A DNA stretch of 64,000 bases from Octopus vulgaris (taxonomy: Eukaryota): NCBI GenBank assembly GCA_951406725.2, contig OX597820.1, positions 25,978,001 to 26,042,000 of the forward strand. Reading direction: 5' to 3'. Numbering within the stretch: the stretch's first letter is position 1; every line of letters begins with the position of its first letter. Position numbers and translations under genes: made by a program. The notes beneath the pieces were generated by a model. It searched no databases. It saw nothing but the letters and a program-made list of their open reading frames with translations, and had not been told where the DNA came from. Shown here piece after piece: positions 63,020 to 64,000 of this stretch.

Positions 63020-63350
63020 CTTTGACCAGTAAGATTGGTGCCATAAATGGTACTCTTGAACATTTGGGCCCTTTGGAACACCTGTGGGGTCCCAGAGGGC
63101 CAATGTCCTGGGAAGGAAGAAATAGGTGTAGTGATTAGTGTAGGACTTGGGGTGGAACATGGACATAAGGAGGAAAATGGGAGGTGGACAGGAATGTTTG
63201 ATTGACAGGTGTCCAACCAGCTCCAGGGAGCAGAGCATATTATAGTACTGGTAGAAAATGTTGAGAGAAGTGATAGCACGTCTAGGAAAGATCCTGGGCC
63301 ATGTCTTTGAATAATTTATGTCAAATTGATATCCTAGGCTATCCAACTAT
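63020..63350 (-). pseudogene. CR1/Zenon-like LINE ORF2 C-terminal relic
   Basis: RRAITSLNIFYQYYNMLCSLEL...TNHYTYFFLPRTLALWD matches the CR1-group RRxxxSLxxFYRYY..C..EL and SFFPRTxxLWN motifs. Confidence 0.7.
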
Positions 63351-63960
63351 GTCCCAGGCCTGAGAGCAACACTTCATTTTAGGCCTCAGCTGAGCTTTGC
63401 AGCACATCTAACTGTTGGGGGCTGAAGTATCTTCTCACTCTAAAGAGACTGGCTAGTTGTCGGATGAGGTACTATGTTGAATTAAATGTAATCTAATTCC
63501 TTCAGTTCAGTGAAGGCTAGCCTAGTGCTCAACTGCAGTTTATGTACACTATTGATTGATACATAAAAATACCTAAGGTGTAAGATTTCTTTTAGCTCCA
63601 TCTTCATTGGGTTTAGATAAGATTAATCCTCTCTTACATAGGACACCAGTCTGTCCCAGAAGATTTAGAATCTGTTTCCTCCTAGATAAATGATGTGAAG
63701 TACATTAAATTATATTTCCTGCTTAAGGCTCATTGCTTTTAATTTCCTCTTTCATTTCACCTCCACTGCTCTAATTTTATAATAACCTTTATTAAACTTT
63801 TGACACTTAAGGATACGTACAAATTGATTAAGCTTAGTCATATGGGCAGATTTGGATGAGAGCATAATAAACTGATCCTCTTTCATTGTATTTTTAATCC
63901 AACTCAGCATTAGAATAACTTGTAGAGAAGTCTTAGTGTTAGGTATTTTGCTGTATATTA

Positions 63961-64000
63961 TCCTCTTTACCTTTTTGTTTTCTCTACAGCGTCTCTTACA
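63961..64000 (+). other. Candidate splice acceptor; exon would begin at 63990
   Basis: Polypyrimidine tract ctctttacctttttgttttctcta followed by CAG (AG at 63988-63989). Confidence 0.5.

Overview
AT-rich, repeat-dense animal genomic DNA, almost certainly from an octopus. That assignment is recognition of the SINE, RTE and microsatellite repertoire, not a database result. No long intact host CDS is visible; nearly all ORFs in the track are repeat or microsatellite artefacts. The window is a dense collection of transposon relics. Retroelements: at least five SINE or SINE-like families, RTE LINE pieces, and CRE-clade and CR1-like fragments. DNA transposons: Merlin, Tc1/mariner and pogo relics, a long-TIR element, and hAT-like and piggyBac-like MITEs. 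Rolling-circle elements: Helitrons and a DINE-1/Helentron-like element. CpG looks depleted at about 1-14.5 kb and 40.5-64 kb but retained between. This fits two divergently transcribed gene bodies, with candidate short first exons at about 19.1 kb (-), 38.1 kb (+) and 52.1 kb (+), and an acceptor at 63,989. The most notable observations are a tRNA-headed SINE with a decayed Penelope-type hammerhead motif, a TSD-bounded snap-back RTE insertion, stem-loop arrays in RTE 3'UTRs, a PHD-like Cys cluster inside an RTE RT, and a tandem-plus-inverted foldback insertion.
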